Positions 25,947-35,738 are shown, counted from the first letter of the stretch. The stretch: DNA of 64,000 bases from Polyangiales bacterium (GCA_038231275.1 JBBRLQ010000002.1:416001-480000); one strand, 5' to 3'. Notes: generated by a model from the letters alone, not told the origin. Program-made: numbers and translations.

Positions 25947-26759
25947 ATGGTCACCTCGATTGCTGTCGCGCTTCGCCGCTCGGGCCACGCCGCGGCGCTC
26001 GCCACGCTCACCGCGTTCGCCGCCTGCGCGCCGTCGACGACCGACGTAGGAACCTCCTCAGCGCCGCTGACCGCCACCTGCGTCGATAGCAGCGCAACCA
26101 TCCCGCCGGGCGCGCTCCGCTGCAGCGACGTTCGCGTCGTCGAATGCACGGGCCCCAGCGGGACCGATCCCGGCACGATCTACGTCGTGCCCGCGCCCGT
26201 CACGGACGGCGGCACGGCGCCGCTGTGTGCCGACACCCAGCTCACGATCGATCACCCGCAGCCGCTGCCGCTCGGCAGCACGACCGTCACGGTCACTGAG
26301 ACCGCGGAGGCGGGGACGGGGCGCGTGTGCACCTCGACCATCACCGTTCGTGACACGACGCCGCCGCGCGCGACGTCGAAGGACTCGACGATGTGGCCTC
26401 CCAACCACGAGATGACGCGGTTCGCCGCGGCCGACTGCGTGACCGCGGTCGATACGTGCAGTGCGCATGTATCTCTCTCGTTCACCTACGTCACCTCGGA
26501 CGAGCCCGCCGACTCCACCGGCGACGGGCACACGACCGCCGACGTCGCGCCCGTCGGCTGCGACGCCGTCGACCTGCGCTCCGAGCGCAAGGGCAACGCG
26601 AACGGCCGGGTCTATCGCCTGGGCTGGCGCGCGGTCGACGAGAGCGGAAACGCGACGCTCGGCGAGTGCCGCGTCTCGGTGACCCACGACCAGAGGCCCG
26701 GCGGCTCCGCGACCGGCGGCCCCGAGGCCTACCGCGTGACGTTTCCACCCTGCAAGTGA
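25947..26759 (+). CDS. Cys-rich lipoprotein with Ig/HYR-like and WPPNH domains
   Basis: Lipobox FAAC; TVRDTTPP; MWPPNH; LRSERKGNANGRVY. Confidence 0.7.
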   Translation: MVTSIAVALRRSGHAAALATLTAFAACAPSTTDVGTSSAPLTATCVDSSATIPPGALRCSDVRVVECTGPSGTDPGTIYVVPAPVTDGGTAPLCADTQLTIDHPQPLPLGSTTVTVTETAEAGTGRVCTSTITVRDTTPPRATSKDSTMWPPNHEMTRFAAADCVTAVDTCSAHVSLSFTYVTSDEPADSTGDGHTTADVAPVGCDAVDLRSERKGNANGRVYRLGWRAVDESGNATLGECRVSVTHDQRPGGSATGGPEAYRVTFPPCK

Positions 26760-26816
26760 TGGGCAAGTGACGCGCAACTGACGCGGAGGCCCACGGGACG
26801 CGCTACATTTCCGGTC

Positions 26817-27101
26817 ATGTGCCGCAACATCCGTGTGCTCTACAACTTTGCGCCACCCACCACGCCGGTCGAGATCGAGGCCGCGGCTCTGCAGTACGTC
26901 CGCAAGGTCAGCGGCCTGCAGAAGCCCTCCGACGCCGATCGCGAGGCCTTCGAGGCTGCGATGAAGGAGGTGGCGGCCACGACCGCGCGCCTCCTCGAGT
27001 CGCTGGTGGCGCGCGCGCCGGTGCGCACGCGCGAGGGGGAGAAGGAGAAGGCGCGCGTGAAGTGGAAGGTCCGCGAGGCGCGGATGACCAAGGCCACATG
27101 A
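26817..27101 (+). CDS. DUF2277 family protein
   Basis: MCRNIRVL.NFAPP..AAALQYVRKVSG. Confidence 0.85.
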   Translation: MCRNIRVLYNFAPPTTPVEIEAAALQYVRKVSGLQKPSDADREAFEAAMKEVAATTARLLESLVARAPVRTREGEKEKARVKWKVREARMTKAT

Positions 27102-27149
27102 CCCTCGATCGCGTGCTTTCCCCCGCGGGCGCGTGATACGCAGGTCCGG

Positions 27150-28391
27150 ATGGCACGCAGCTACGACGTGGTCCTCTTCGGCGCGACCGGCTTCACCGGG
27201 AAGCTCGTCGCCGAGTACCTCGCGCGCCACCACGGACAAGGCCTGCGCTGGGCGATCGCGGGGAGGAGCGCCGAGAAGCTCGCCGCCGTGAGCTCCGAGC
27301 TGGTGCGCATCGCTCCCGGCCTCGCCCCGCGCGATGTCCTCGTCGCCGACAGCGCCGACGTGGGCGCGCTCGGCGAGATCGCGAAGGCCACGAAGGTCGT
27401 GTGCACGACGGTCGGCCCTTACATGAAGCACGGGTTGCCGCTCGCGCGCGCGTGCGCCGAGAGCGGCACGAGCTACTGCGATTTGACCGGCGAGGTCCCC
27501 TTCATCCGCCGCTCGATCGACGCGAACCACGCGAAGGCGCAGGAGACAGGTGCGCGCATCGTCCACTCCGCGGGCTTCGACTCGATCCCGTCGGACCTCG
27601 GCGTGCTCCTCCTCCACGAAGCGTTCCAGGCGCGCGGCAAGTCGCTGGCCACCGCGTCGTTCTTCTGCGGGCCGATGAAGGGGAGCTTCAGCGGCGGCAC
27701 CGTGGCGTCGATGATGGAGATGCTAGAGGCCGGCTCGCACGATCGCGATCTGCGGCGGCTGATGGCCGATCCGTACGCGCTCTTGCCGGACCGCGCCGTA
27801 GACCGCGGGCCCGACGGTCACGACCAGCGCGACGTCCGCTACGAGCCGCGTATTGGCCAGTGGACCGGGCCGTTCGTCATGGCGGCGATCAACACGCGTG
27901 TCGTGCGGCGATCGAACGCGCTCCAGGATTTCGCGTACGGCAAGCAACTCGCCTACAGCGAAGCGATGAGCTTCGGACCCGGTCCGAAGGGCTTCGCGCG
28001 GGCGGCCGCCGTGACCGCAGCGCTCGGCGGGTTCGTCGGCGTCGCGTCGTTCGCGAGTGGGCGCAAGCTCCTGGGGCCGCTCCTCCCCACCCCCGGTCAG
28101 GGTCCGTCGCAGGCGGCGCGCGACGCGGGCTTCTTCAAGGTGCGCATTGTCGGCGAGGGCGAAGGCCTCCGCGTGGACGCGCGCGTCGAAGGCACGAGCG
28201 ATCCGGGATACGGCGAGACCGCCAAGATGCTCGGTGAGGCGGCGGTGTGCCTCGCGCAAGACGCCGCCGCGCTCCCGCGCCGCTACGGCGTCGTGACCCC
28301 GGCGTCGGCCCTGGGGATGCACCTCGTAGATCGCCTGCGCGCGGCGGGGATGACCTTCGAAACGCGAGAAGTTGGCCCCGAGGGCCGCTGA
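27150..28391 (+). CDS. Saccharopine-dehydrogenase-like oxidoreductase (trans-acting enoyl reductase family)
   Basis: FGATGFTG, TVGPY, YCDLTGE, GFDSIPSDLG, DPGYGETAKML. Confidence 0.9.
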   Translation: MARSYDVVLFGATGFTGKLVAEYLARHHGQGLRWAIAGRSAEKLAAVSSELVRIAPGLAPRDVLVADSADVGALGEIAKATKVVCTTVGPYMKHGLPLARACAESGTSYCDLTGEVPFIRRSIDANHAKAQETGARIVHSAGFDSIPSDLGVLLLHEAFQARGKSLATASFFCGPMKGSFSGGTVASMMEMLEAGSHDRDLRRLMADPYALLPDRAVDRGPDGHDQRDVRYEPRIGQWTGPFVMAAINTRVVRRSNALQDFAYGKQLAYSEAMSFGPGPKGFARAAAVTAALGGFVGVASFASGRKLLGPLLPTPGQGPSQAARDAGFFKVRIVGEGEGLRVDARVEGTSDPGYGETAKMLGEAAVCLAQDAAALPRRYGVVTPASALGMHLVDRLRAAGMTFETREVGPEGR

Positions 28392-28407
28392 AGGCTGAAA
28401 TTCGCGC

Positions 28408-29292
28408 GTGGCGAAGAGGAAGCAGGACGACGACATCGTCATCGTCGGAGCGCGGCGCCATCCGCTCCGCGACGCGTACCACTCCATCCTCAAGATGCCT
28501 TGGTCGGCCCTCATCGCAGGGATCGCCGCGGCCTTCCTCCTCATCAACGCGGTGTTCGCGGTCGGCTACATGATCACAGGCGGAGTCGTCGGCGTGCGCG
28601 CGGGCGTCTTTCGCGACGCGTTCTTCTTCAGCGTCCAGACGATGGGCACCATCGGCTACGGGGCGATGTACCCGCAGTCTACCGCTGCGCACCTCGTCAT
28701 GGTTGCCGAGTCGGTCGTCGGCCTGATCTTGACGGCGCTCTCCACCGGCATCGTCTTCGCCCGGTTTTCGCAAACCACCGGGCAGCTGATTTTCTCGGAC
28801 AAGGTCGTCATCTCGCCGATGGACGGCGTGCCGACGCTCTCCTTCCGCATCGGAAACGATCGCGCCAGCACGATCTTCGAGGCGACCGTGCGCGTGTCGG
28901 TGATCAAGACCGAGGTCACGAAGGAAGGGGTCACCTTCTACCGCCTCTACGACGCGAAGCTCACGCGCGATCGGACGATGGCGCTCGCGCGCTCGTGGGC
29001 GGTCATGCACATCATCGACGAGGCGAGCCCGCTCTTCGGCCTCACGCCCGCGGACTGTCGCAAGGACGAGCTCGAGCTGACGGTCGGCGTCACCGGGACC
29101 GACGACACGTCGCTCCAGCCCGTGCACGCGCGGCGGAGGTACACGATGAAGGACATCCTCTGGGGCGCGCGCCACGCCGACGTCCTTCGCGAGCTCCCCG
29201 ACGGTCGCCTCGAGCTCGACGTCCGAAAATTCAACGAGGTCGTCCCCACGGCGCCGACCGAGACGTTCCCCTACCCCAAACCCACCGCCTGA
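28408..29292 (+). CDS. Inward-rectifier potassium channel (KirBac-like)
   Basis: FFFSVQTMGTIGYG selectivity filter, FARFS, HIIDEASPL. Confidence 0.93.
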   Translation: MAKRKQDDDIVIVGARRHPLRDAYHSILKMPWSALIAGIAAAFLLINAVFAVGYMITGGVVGVRAGVFRDAFFFSVQTMGTIGYGAMYPQSTAAHLVMVAESVVGLILTALSTGIVFARFSQTTGQLIFSDKVVISPMDGVPTLSFRIGNDRASTIFEATVRVSVIKTEVTKEGVTFYRLYDAKLTRDRTMALARSWAVMHIIDEASPLFGLTPADCRKDELELTVGVTGTDDTSLQPVHARRRYTMKDILWGARHADVLRELPDGRLELDVRKFNEVVPTAPTETFPYPKPTA

Positions 29293-29396
29293 CGCATCGC
29301 GGGGGCTCGCGGCCTCGCTTGCTGGGCGCGCTCGCGGTCACTCCTTTGGCGCGGGCGGTCAGGGCGGCGGCGCCTGCGCGTGGGAAATCCACGCGC

Positions 29397-29780
29397 ATGA
29401 CCGACACGCTTCGCTACGTCGTGACTGCCATGGGCTTCGGGCGCATCGCCCTGGGCCTCGCCCCGTTCGTCGCCGCCGGCCTCGCGTCGCGCGCCCTCGG
29501 CTTTCCGAAAGAGCAGGATTCGCCGACCGCGCGCCTGATGGCCCGCTTCTTCGGCGTGCGCGACGTCGGGCTCGGCGTCCTCGCGTTCTACGCGACGGCG
29601 CACGTCGAGAGCGCGCCGTTCCTCTTCCTCTTCAACGCGAGCATGGACGCCGGCGACTTTGCGTCGACCGTGGTGCCGCTCGCGAAGCGCCAAGGGATCG
29701 ACCGCGCGGCCCTGTCGTCGGCGCTCTTCGCGGTGATGGGCGGCGTGGCGTGGCTCGTCGTGTGGATGCTGATCAAGTAG
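29397..29780 (+). CDS. Small membrane protein (DUF4267-like)
   Basis: Four hydrophobic segments; FGVRDVGLG motif. Confidence 0.65.
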   Translation: MTDTLRYVVTAMGFGRIALGLAPFVAAGLASRALGFPKEQDSPTARLMARFFGVRDVGLGVLAFYATAHVESAPFLFLFNASMDAGDFASTVVPLAKRQGIDRAALSSALFAVMGGVAWLVVWMLIK

Positions 29781-29791
29781 GCTCGTTCGCG

Positions 29792-30814
29792 ATGGCGACG
29801 GGCTCGATCAGCGCGCTCCTCGTGCGGCCCCTGGTGGCCGCGATGGGCGGGAATCTCGACGCCGAGGCCGCGCTCCTACGCGCCGCCGGGCTCACGAAGG
29901 AGATGGCCGCCGACGCCGACGCACGGATCACGCCGGCGCAGTTCTGCGTCGCGTGGGCAGAGGCCGCGCGCCTCGCAGAGACGCCGCACCTCGCGCTGCG
30001 GATCGCCGAAGCGACGCCGCCCGGCGCGTTCGGCATCGTCGAGTACGTGTGCCGGTCGGCGCCCACCCTCGGCGCCGCGCTCACGCAGTGGGTGCGCTAC
30101 TTGAACTTGCTCGACGACGCGGTCGAGGTCGGGCTGGTCGAAGAAGGGGAGCGCACGTGCCTCCGCGTCCTCGTCGAGAGCGAGGCGCCCGCACCGGCGT
30201 CTCACGAGCTCTGCTTCGCGCTCATCGTCCAGCACGCGCGGAGGCTCATTTCCCCAGTGTTTCGACCGATCGCCGTCGACTTCGAGCATCGCGCCAGGGG
30301 CGATGTGGCGCCCTACGAGGCGTTCTTCGACGCGAAGGTGACCTTCGGCACGCGCGCCACGCAGCTGGTGGTGGCGACCGGCACGATGGACGCCAAGCTG
30401 CAGACGTCGGATCCCGCGCTGCTCGGGATCCTCACGCGCGCGGCGGGTGAGCTCCAAGGAAAGACGCGCGGCGATCCCCCGCTGGTGGCGCAGGTGAAGC
30501 GCGTCTTGTGGGAGGCCCTTCGCGAGGACGACGCCGACGTCGGCAAGGTCGCCAAGCGCCTCGGCCTCAGCGCGCGGAGCTTGCAGCGGCGCTTGAAGGA
30601 CGAGGGCGCATCGTTTCAAGGCGTACGTGAGGCGGCGCGGTCCGAGCTCGCGCAGCGCTACCTCGACGACGGGCTGTCGATCGCCGAGATCTCGTTCCTC
30701 CTCGGCTTCTCGCAGCCGAGCGCGTTCTTCCGCGCGTTCAAGCGCTGGACGGGGCTCACGCCGGTCGAGAGCCGCGTCGCGCGCGGTCAGCCGATTGGCG
30801 CGCACGGCGATTGA
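29792..30814 (+). CDS. AraC family transcriptional regulator
   Basis: LSARSLQRRL, EISFLLGFSQPSAFFRAFKRWTG. Confidence 0.93.
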   Translation: MATGSISALLVRPLVAAMGGNLDAEAALLRAAGLTKEMAADADARITPAQFCVAWAEAARLAETPHLALRIAEATPPGAFGIVEYVCRSAPTLGAALTQWVRYLNLLDDAVEVGLVEEGERTCLRVLVESEAPAPASHELCFALIVQHARRLISPVFRPIAVDFEHRARGDVAPYEAFFDAKVTFGTRATQLVVATGTMDAKLQTSDPALLGILTRAAGELQGKTRGDPPLVAQVKRVLWEALREDDADVGKVAKRLGLSARSLQRRLKDEGASFQGVREAARSELAQRYLDDGLSIAEISFLLGFSQPSAFFRAFKRWTGLTPVESRVARGQPIGAHGD

Positions 30815-30846
30815 GGGACGCCGGCGCGGCGGTCACAACGAGGCGC

Positions 30847-31803
30847 ATGAAGACCCCCGACCTCGCCTCTGCCTCCTACGCGACGAACCCCACCTGGCGC
30901 CTCTACCAGCCGTTCTTCCCCGAAGGCATGCGATGCACGCCGGCGACGACGCCGCGCGAAGAGTGGTGGTCGTGGCGCGGCCTCGACGTGCACCTCGATC
31001 GCATGAACGGTGACCGCGACAAGCCGAAGGTCATCGTGCTCCACGGCGCCGGCGCATATGGCCGCGTGATGGCCCCCGCCGCCGTCATCGCGCAGCGCTA
31101 CGGGTACGAGACGGTCTCGCCGGATCTGCCGGGGTACGGCCTCACGGCCGCGAAGGGCGCACGGATGGACTACGGCCTGTGGATCGACTGCGTCGTCGAC
31201 TTGATCGAGGCCGAGCTCGCCCGCGACGGAAAGCCGGTCGTACTCTTCGGCGTGTCGCTCGGTGGCCTCCTTGCGTATTGGGCCGCCTGCCTCTCGAAGA
31301 AGGTCGTCGGCCTCGTGGCGACGACGCTCGCCGATCCGCGCGAGACGGCGACGCGGCGCGAGCTGTCGCGTCATCCGTGGCTCGGCACCGCCGGCCTCTC
31401 GGTCCTCAGCGCGCTCTCGTTCATGACCGACGGCCTGCCGCTCCCGATGGCGTACGTCTCGAAGATGGACGGCATCTCGAACGATCCGGCGCTCGCGGCG
31501 CTATGCAAGTCGGATCGCATGGGCGGCGGCAGCTGGGTGCCCGCGCGCTTCCTGCGCACGCTCATGACGACGGCGCCGGCGATCGAGCCGGAGGACTTCG
31601 ATCTCTGCCCGGTGCTCCTCGCGCACCCGGGGGCCGATCGCATGACCGACATCGAAGCGAGCCGGCGCTTCTTCGATCGCCTCGCGGCACCGAAGCGCAT
31701 GGTCGTCCTCGAGGGCGCGAGCCACATGCCGACGGAGCACCCCGGCGTCGATCAGCTGGAGGCCGCCGTCGTCGCGTTCCTCGGCGGGCTCCGATCGGCG
31801 TGA
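30847..31803 (+). CDS. Alpha/beta hydrolase (lysophospholipase-like)
   Basis: LHGAG, DLPGYG, GVSLGG nucleophile elbow, GASH. Confidence 0.88.
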   Translation: MKTPDLASASYATNPTWRLYQPFFPEGMRCTPATTPREEWWSWRGLDVHLDRMNGDRDKPKVIVLHGAGAYGRVMAPAAVIAQRYGYETVSPDLPGYGLTAAKGARMDYGLWIDCVVDLIEAELARDGKPVVLFGVSLGGLLAYWAACLSKKVVGLVATTLADPRETATRRELSRHPWLGTAGLSVLSALSFMTDGLPLPMAYVSKMDGISNDPALAALCKSDRMGGGSWVPARFLRTLMTTAPAIEPEDFDLCPVLLAHPGADRMTDIEASRRFFDRLAAPKRMVVLEGASHMPTEHPGVDQLEAAVVAFLGGLRSA

Positions 31804-31814
31804 CGCGTCTCTAG

Positions 31815-32257
31815 CAGGCTGCTGCAAAAGCAGCGGCCTGCAAAACCGTCGGGAGGCGGTTTTCGCCGGAGTGGTGAATCGACGCGAAGCGGCGAGAGGA
31901 GAACCGCGCGGCGGTTTTCCTCAGACCAGGGTCCCGGAGCGCCGTCGCCCGTGGCGCGATGGTTTGGCCGGACCTTCGGCGTGCGAAGGATCTCCGGTTG
32001 GAAGAAGACCGTCGGCGGCTTCCGAAAGACGCGCTACGTCGGCCTCGGCGCCAACCAGATCGCCGGCTACATGATCGGCGCCGCGTACAACCTCCTGCGC
32101 ATCGCGAAACTCTGGCCCGACCCTCGACGCACGCACGGCGCCCTCACCTGACCCAGGTGGAGGGGACCGCCGCGCGGCCCCCTCTGCCGGCCAAGCCGGC
32201 ATTCACCCCCAGCGCGAAGCCGCTCCCGCGCCTTCGGCAGGCTGCTTTTGCAGCCTG
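31815..32257 (+). mobile_element. Internally deleted, non-autonomous IS5-like element
   Basis: CTAG at 31811-31814 and 32258-32261 flanking TIRs caggct(gct)gcaaaagcagc / gctgcttttgcagcctg; internal transposase C-terminal remnant. Confidence 0.8.
31951..32151 (+). pseudogene. C-terminal remnant of an IS5-like DDE transposase
   Basis: GWKKTVGGFRKTRYVG...AAYNLLRIAKL resembles the end of IS5/IS1182-type transposases; no catalytic N-terminal part present. Confidence 0.75.
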
Positions 32258-32539
32258 CTAGGCGACAGCGGCGACGGGCATGTGCGACTCCGAGCGGACG
32301 TCCTTCAGCTTGCACGAGCGGAGGGTCGTCGCGACGGCGAGGCCGGCCATCGTCGGGCGCATGCGGAGCGCGTCGACGAAGCCCTCTTGATGGAGGCGCG
32401 AGACGACGCGGCGGACATCTTCGCGGCGCGCGCCGACGACACGGGAGACGTCGTCGACGGTGACGACGCGCGCGCGGGGGCGGGCGATGGCGCGGAGGAC
32501 GTGGGCGGCCAAGGCGTGGGTGTCGAATTCGATCGTCAT
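32258..32539 (-). CDS. Small winged-helix-like protein
   Basis: VTVDDVSRVVGARREDVRRVVSRLHQEGFVD HTH-like pattern; sigma54-like promoter upstream. Confidence 0.65.
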   Translation of the reverse strand: MTIEFDTHALAAHVLRAIARPRARVVTVDDVSRVVGARREDVRRVVSRLHQEGFVDALRMRPTMAGLAVATTLRSCKLKDVRSESHMPVAAVA

Positions 32540-32552
32540 GGTACGTGTAGAG

Positions 32553-32568
32553 TGCAAGTACGACGCCA
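32553..32568 (-). promoter_or_regulatory. Sigma54 (-24/-12) promoter
   Basis: Minus strand TGGCGTCGTACTTGCA, GG-N10-GC spacing matching TGGCAC-N5-TTGCW. Confidence 0.65.
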
Positions 32569-32747
32569 ACCGACATCACCATTCACGTTGGACGACGAAC
32601 CCGCGTTTTTTTCGAGAAACACGCCGATTGCGCGGCCGGGCACTTATCGAAGTGCTTCAGGAAATATGTGGATCATGCATGCATCGGCGCATGCGCGCAG
32701 GATCCAGGCGCGTCTCCGCCACGTGTTTCGTTTCGCCTCGCTTCGCC

Positions 32748-33482
32748 TCACTTGACCAGCGTAACTGCGGTCGCGCACGGATGGCCTTCGGCGCAGAGGA
32801 AGCGCTTCGACGTAATCGACACGACGTCGCACGCGCTGAAGAGGCCGCCCGAGATCGAGATCGCGCAGCCCTGGGGATCGAAGCGCACGGTGTAGCCGCC
32901 CGCGCCGTCGCGGTGCTGGCAAGGGGTCGTGAAGATCTGATCCCGGAGGGCCTCCTGCACGCTCTCGCCGGCGGGCGGATTGCATGGGACGGTCTCGCGC
33001 GACGCGCAGCCCGTGGTGTCGAGGGGCGTGGCCCCGGCGTCGACGCGGCACGCGAGCGTGCACGGAACAACGGACTCCTTCCACCCGATAAGATCCTCGC
33101 CGAGCGGACCGCAAACGTAGCTCGCGAGGTACGTCCCCGACGCGTCGGTGAGCGCGTACGTGCACGCCGCGCTCGGATTGGTCGGCGGCACGCACGCTGC
33201 GCGAGGGAGCGGCGCGACGGGAGGGCACCCGGGCGCAAGAGGCGGCGTGAGATCGCAGTGTCCTTCGGGGATCGTGCCGGCGTCACCGTTGATTGGCGGA
33301 ACGTACGCGTCGTAGCCGTCCGTCGCGTCGTCGCTCGACCACGGCGCTTGGGCGTCGTCACCGAGCGCGGGGAACGCGGCGTCGCGCGAGGTGCCGTCGT
33401 CGAGCGCCGAACGACCACACGCCGCGAGCGCGACGACCGACGCGACGGCGGAGAAGAGCAGTGCACGGACGGGCATCGCCAT
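32748..33482 (-). CDS. Cys-rich lipoprotein
   Basis: Lipobox LAAC; more than 10 Cys. Confidence 0.65.
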   Translation of the reverse strand: MAMPVRALLFSAVASVVALAACGRSALDDGTSRDAAFPALGDDAQAPWSSDDATDGYDAYVPPINGDAGTIPEGHCDLTPPLAPGCPPVAPLPRAACVPPTNPSAACTYALTDASGTYLASYVCGPLGEDLIGWKESVVPCTLACRVDAGATPLDTTGCASRETVPCNPPAGESVQEALRDQIFTTPCQHRDGAGGYTVRFDPQGCAISISGGLFSACDVVSITSKRFLCAEGHPCATAVTLVK

Positions 33483-33526
33483 CGGACAGTGATGGCCGGC
33501 GATGGCGCGTTCCGTCTCCGCGAATG

Positions 33527-35614
33527 TCAGCGGCGCTTCGAGAGCGGGCGATCGCCCCAACCGTCCGACTTCCCGGCGGGGCGCGGTGGGCCTGAGCGGG
33601 GCGGCGGGCCTGAGCGGGGCGGCGGGCCTGAGCGGGGCGGCGGACCCGAGCGGGGCGGCAACGTTCCTTCGGTGTCGCGCGCGAACTTCACGCGCGGGTT
33701 GCGCTCGTCCGGCTTGGCGGCGGCCTCGGCGAAGGCGTCGGCGAGATGCGCAGCGACCTCGACGGTCGACCACGTGGACCCCAATCGGATCGCGCCGATG
33801 TCCTTGCCACCGACGCCGCCGCGGCGGCACGCGACCGCCATCAGCCTGCGCGCGTCGGCGCCGTGGAGCTCGCCCCACGTGACACGGAACGGAACCCACG
33901 CGTCGCCACCGGGCGGCGGACGGCGCGGAGCGGACTCGAAGGCAGGACGCTCGGCGCGTGCCGAGCGCGACGGACGATCGGCCGGTACCGCGCGCGTGGA
34001 ACGCGACGGGCGATCCGCGGGCACTGCGCGCGTCGTACGCGAAGGGCGATCCGCGGGCACTGCGCGCGTCGTACGCGAAGGGCGATCCGCGGGCACCGCG
34101 CGCGTCGTACGCGAAGGGCGATCCGCGGGCACCGCGCGCGCCGTACGCGAAGGACGATCGGAGGGCGCCGTGCGCGCCGACCGCGAAGGCCGATCGACGG
34201 GAGCCTTGGAATACGGCACTCGCGGGGCGGGGGCCGTATGGGGCGTCTGGTAACGCTCCCGGGCCGCGTTCGGCGATGCGTACGAGCGAATCTCGCGCGC
34301 CTGCGCGACGCCGGTGCGACGCGCACGGACGATCAGGCGTGCGATCGTCCGCGCCGGATCGGCGTCCTTGGCGATCTGCTTCGCGAGGTTCCACGTGCGA
34401 TCGTCGAAGCCCGCGAAGCCCTCGGCGTCCGGCGCGACGAGCTCCTCGCGCAGGCGCTCGTCCGCCGCGTCGCGGATCATGGCCGCGGTGGGGAGCGGTT
34501 CGACCCGGAAGGTCACGCGCGCTCGAAAGAGCAGCGACGAGACGCGACGGAGCCCCGCGGGGGCGATGAGGATGCCGCTCCGACCCTTGCGGCCCGCGCG
34601 CCCGGTCCGGCCGCTGCGGTGCGTGTACGTGTCGGGATCGTCCGGCGCATCGGCGTGCAAGACACACGCGATGTCCTGCACGTCGAGGCCGCGCCCCGCC
34701 ACGTCGGTGGCAACGAGGACGCGCAAATCGCCGCGCTTGAAGCCGGCGAGGGCGCGATCACGGGCAGGCTGCTCCATCTCGCCCGACAGCGAGCTGACCC
34801 CGAACCCGGCTTGCGAAAGCTCGCGCGACACCCGCGCGACGTCGGCGCGCGTGCGGCAGAAGATGAGCGTCTGCTCGTCCGGCCGCGACAGGAGCAAATT
34901 CACGATGGCGTCGACGCGCTCGCGCGGCTCGCTGAGGTAGACGACGTGATCGATGTCGGAGTTCGCCTCGCCGAGGCGCGTCCCCTCGACGTGCGCGGGA
35001 TCCCTCTGCACCGCGTCGGCGAGGGCACGGACGTCGCGCGGGAACGTGGCCGAGACCAGGTGCGTGCGACGCGTCGCCGGCGTCGTCGCGAGGATCTTCT
35101 CGAGGTCCTCGCGGAAGCCGAGATCGAGGAGTCGATCGGCCTCGTCGAGCACGACCGCGCCGACCTCGCTCGCGTCGATGGCGCCTCGCGTCAGGTGATC
35201 CAGAAGCCGCCCCGGCGTCCCAACGACCAGCCCAGGACCGGCCCCCAGCGCCCGACGCTCATCGCGCACGCTCGTGCCGCCCGCGACCGAGACGACCTTG
35301 GCCGTCCCCGCGTAGAGCCACGCGAGCTCCTCCTCTACTTGGCGCGCCAGCTCGCGGGTCGGCGCGACGACCAGTGCCCGGGGCCTCGCGACGCCACCTT
35401 TGCCGGCCGACGCTCCGACGACGACGCTGCGCAGCACGAAACCGATGGCCACCGTCTTGCCGGACCCCGTCTGCGACGTCATCCGCAGGTCGCGATCGGC
35501 CAGCTCCGGCGCGAGGACGGCCTCCTGCACGGACGTCAGGGACGCGTACCCTTTCTTCTCCAGCGCGGCGGTGAGGGCGGGCCCCAGTGTCTCGGCGAGG
35601 TCGGCCTCGTTCAT
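33527..35614 (-). CDS. DEAD-box RNA helicase with DbpA-type RNA-binding domain
   Basis: QTGSGKT, PTRELA, TPGRL, DEAD, SAT, HRSGRTGRAG; C-terminal GKDIGAI domain. Confidence 0.93.
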   Translation of the reverse strand: MNEADLAETLGPALTAALEKKGYASLTSVQEAVLAPELADRDLRMTSQTGSGKTVAIGFVLRSVVVGASAGKGGVARPRALVVAPTRELARQVEEELAWLYAGTAKVVSVAGGTSVRDERRALGAGPGLVVGTPGRLLDHLTRGAIDASEVGAVVLDEADRLLDLGFREDLEKILATTPATRRTHLVSATFPRDVRALADAVQRDPAHVEGTRLGEANSDIDHVVYLSEPRERVDAIVNLLLSRPDEQTLIFCRTRADVARVSRELSQAGFGVSSLSGEMEQPARDRALAGFKRGDLRVLVATDVAGRGLDVQDIACVLHADAPDDPDTYTHRSGRTGRAGRKGRSGILIAPAGLRRVSSLLFRARVTFRVEPLPTAAMIRDAADERLREELVAPDAEGFAGFDDRTWNLAKQIAKDADPARTIARLIVRARRTGVAQAREIRSYASPNAARERYQTPHTAPAPRVPYSKAPVDRPSRSARTAPSDRPSRTARAVPADRPSRTTRAVPADRPSRTTRAVPADRPSRTTRAVPADRPSRSTRAVPADRPSRSARAERPAFESAPRRPPPGGDAWVPFRVTWGELHGADARRLMAVACRRGGVGGKDIGAIRLGSTWSTVEVAAHLADAFAEAAAKPDERNPRVKFARDTEGTLPPRSGPPPRSGPPPRSGPPPRSGPPRPAGKSDGWGDRPLSKRR
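33585..33660 (-). repeat. 18-bp tandem repeat, about 4 copies (SGPPPR)
   Basis: gagcggggcggcgggcct repeated in the helicase tail. Confidence 0.85.
33960..34200 (-). repeat. 36-bp tandem repeat, about 7 copies (DRPSRTTRAVPA)
   Basis: cgcgcgcgtcgtacgcgaagggcgatccgcgggcac units, in frame within the helicase linker. Confidence 0.9.
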
Positions 35615-35738
35615 GGTGCCGCGCCTCGTAGCAGGCCGGAAGGCATGCGGATAGGCGAGAAATTCTCTTCGCGCCTGGCCTCCTTGCAGTTTCGTGACAA
35701 TTTCGCGCCGAAAAGGGCGGTATTTGGCGGTTTGGACG

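Noticed and set aside
33960-34200. 36-bp periodic repeats as a possible CRISPR array
   Set aside because: Head-to-tail units with no unique spacers, in frame inside a coding gene, and no cas genes in the window.
35676-35688. TGGC...TTGCA as a sigma54 promoter
   Set aside because: Spacing between GG and GC is too short for a -24/-12 promoter.
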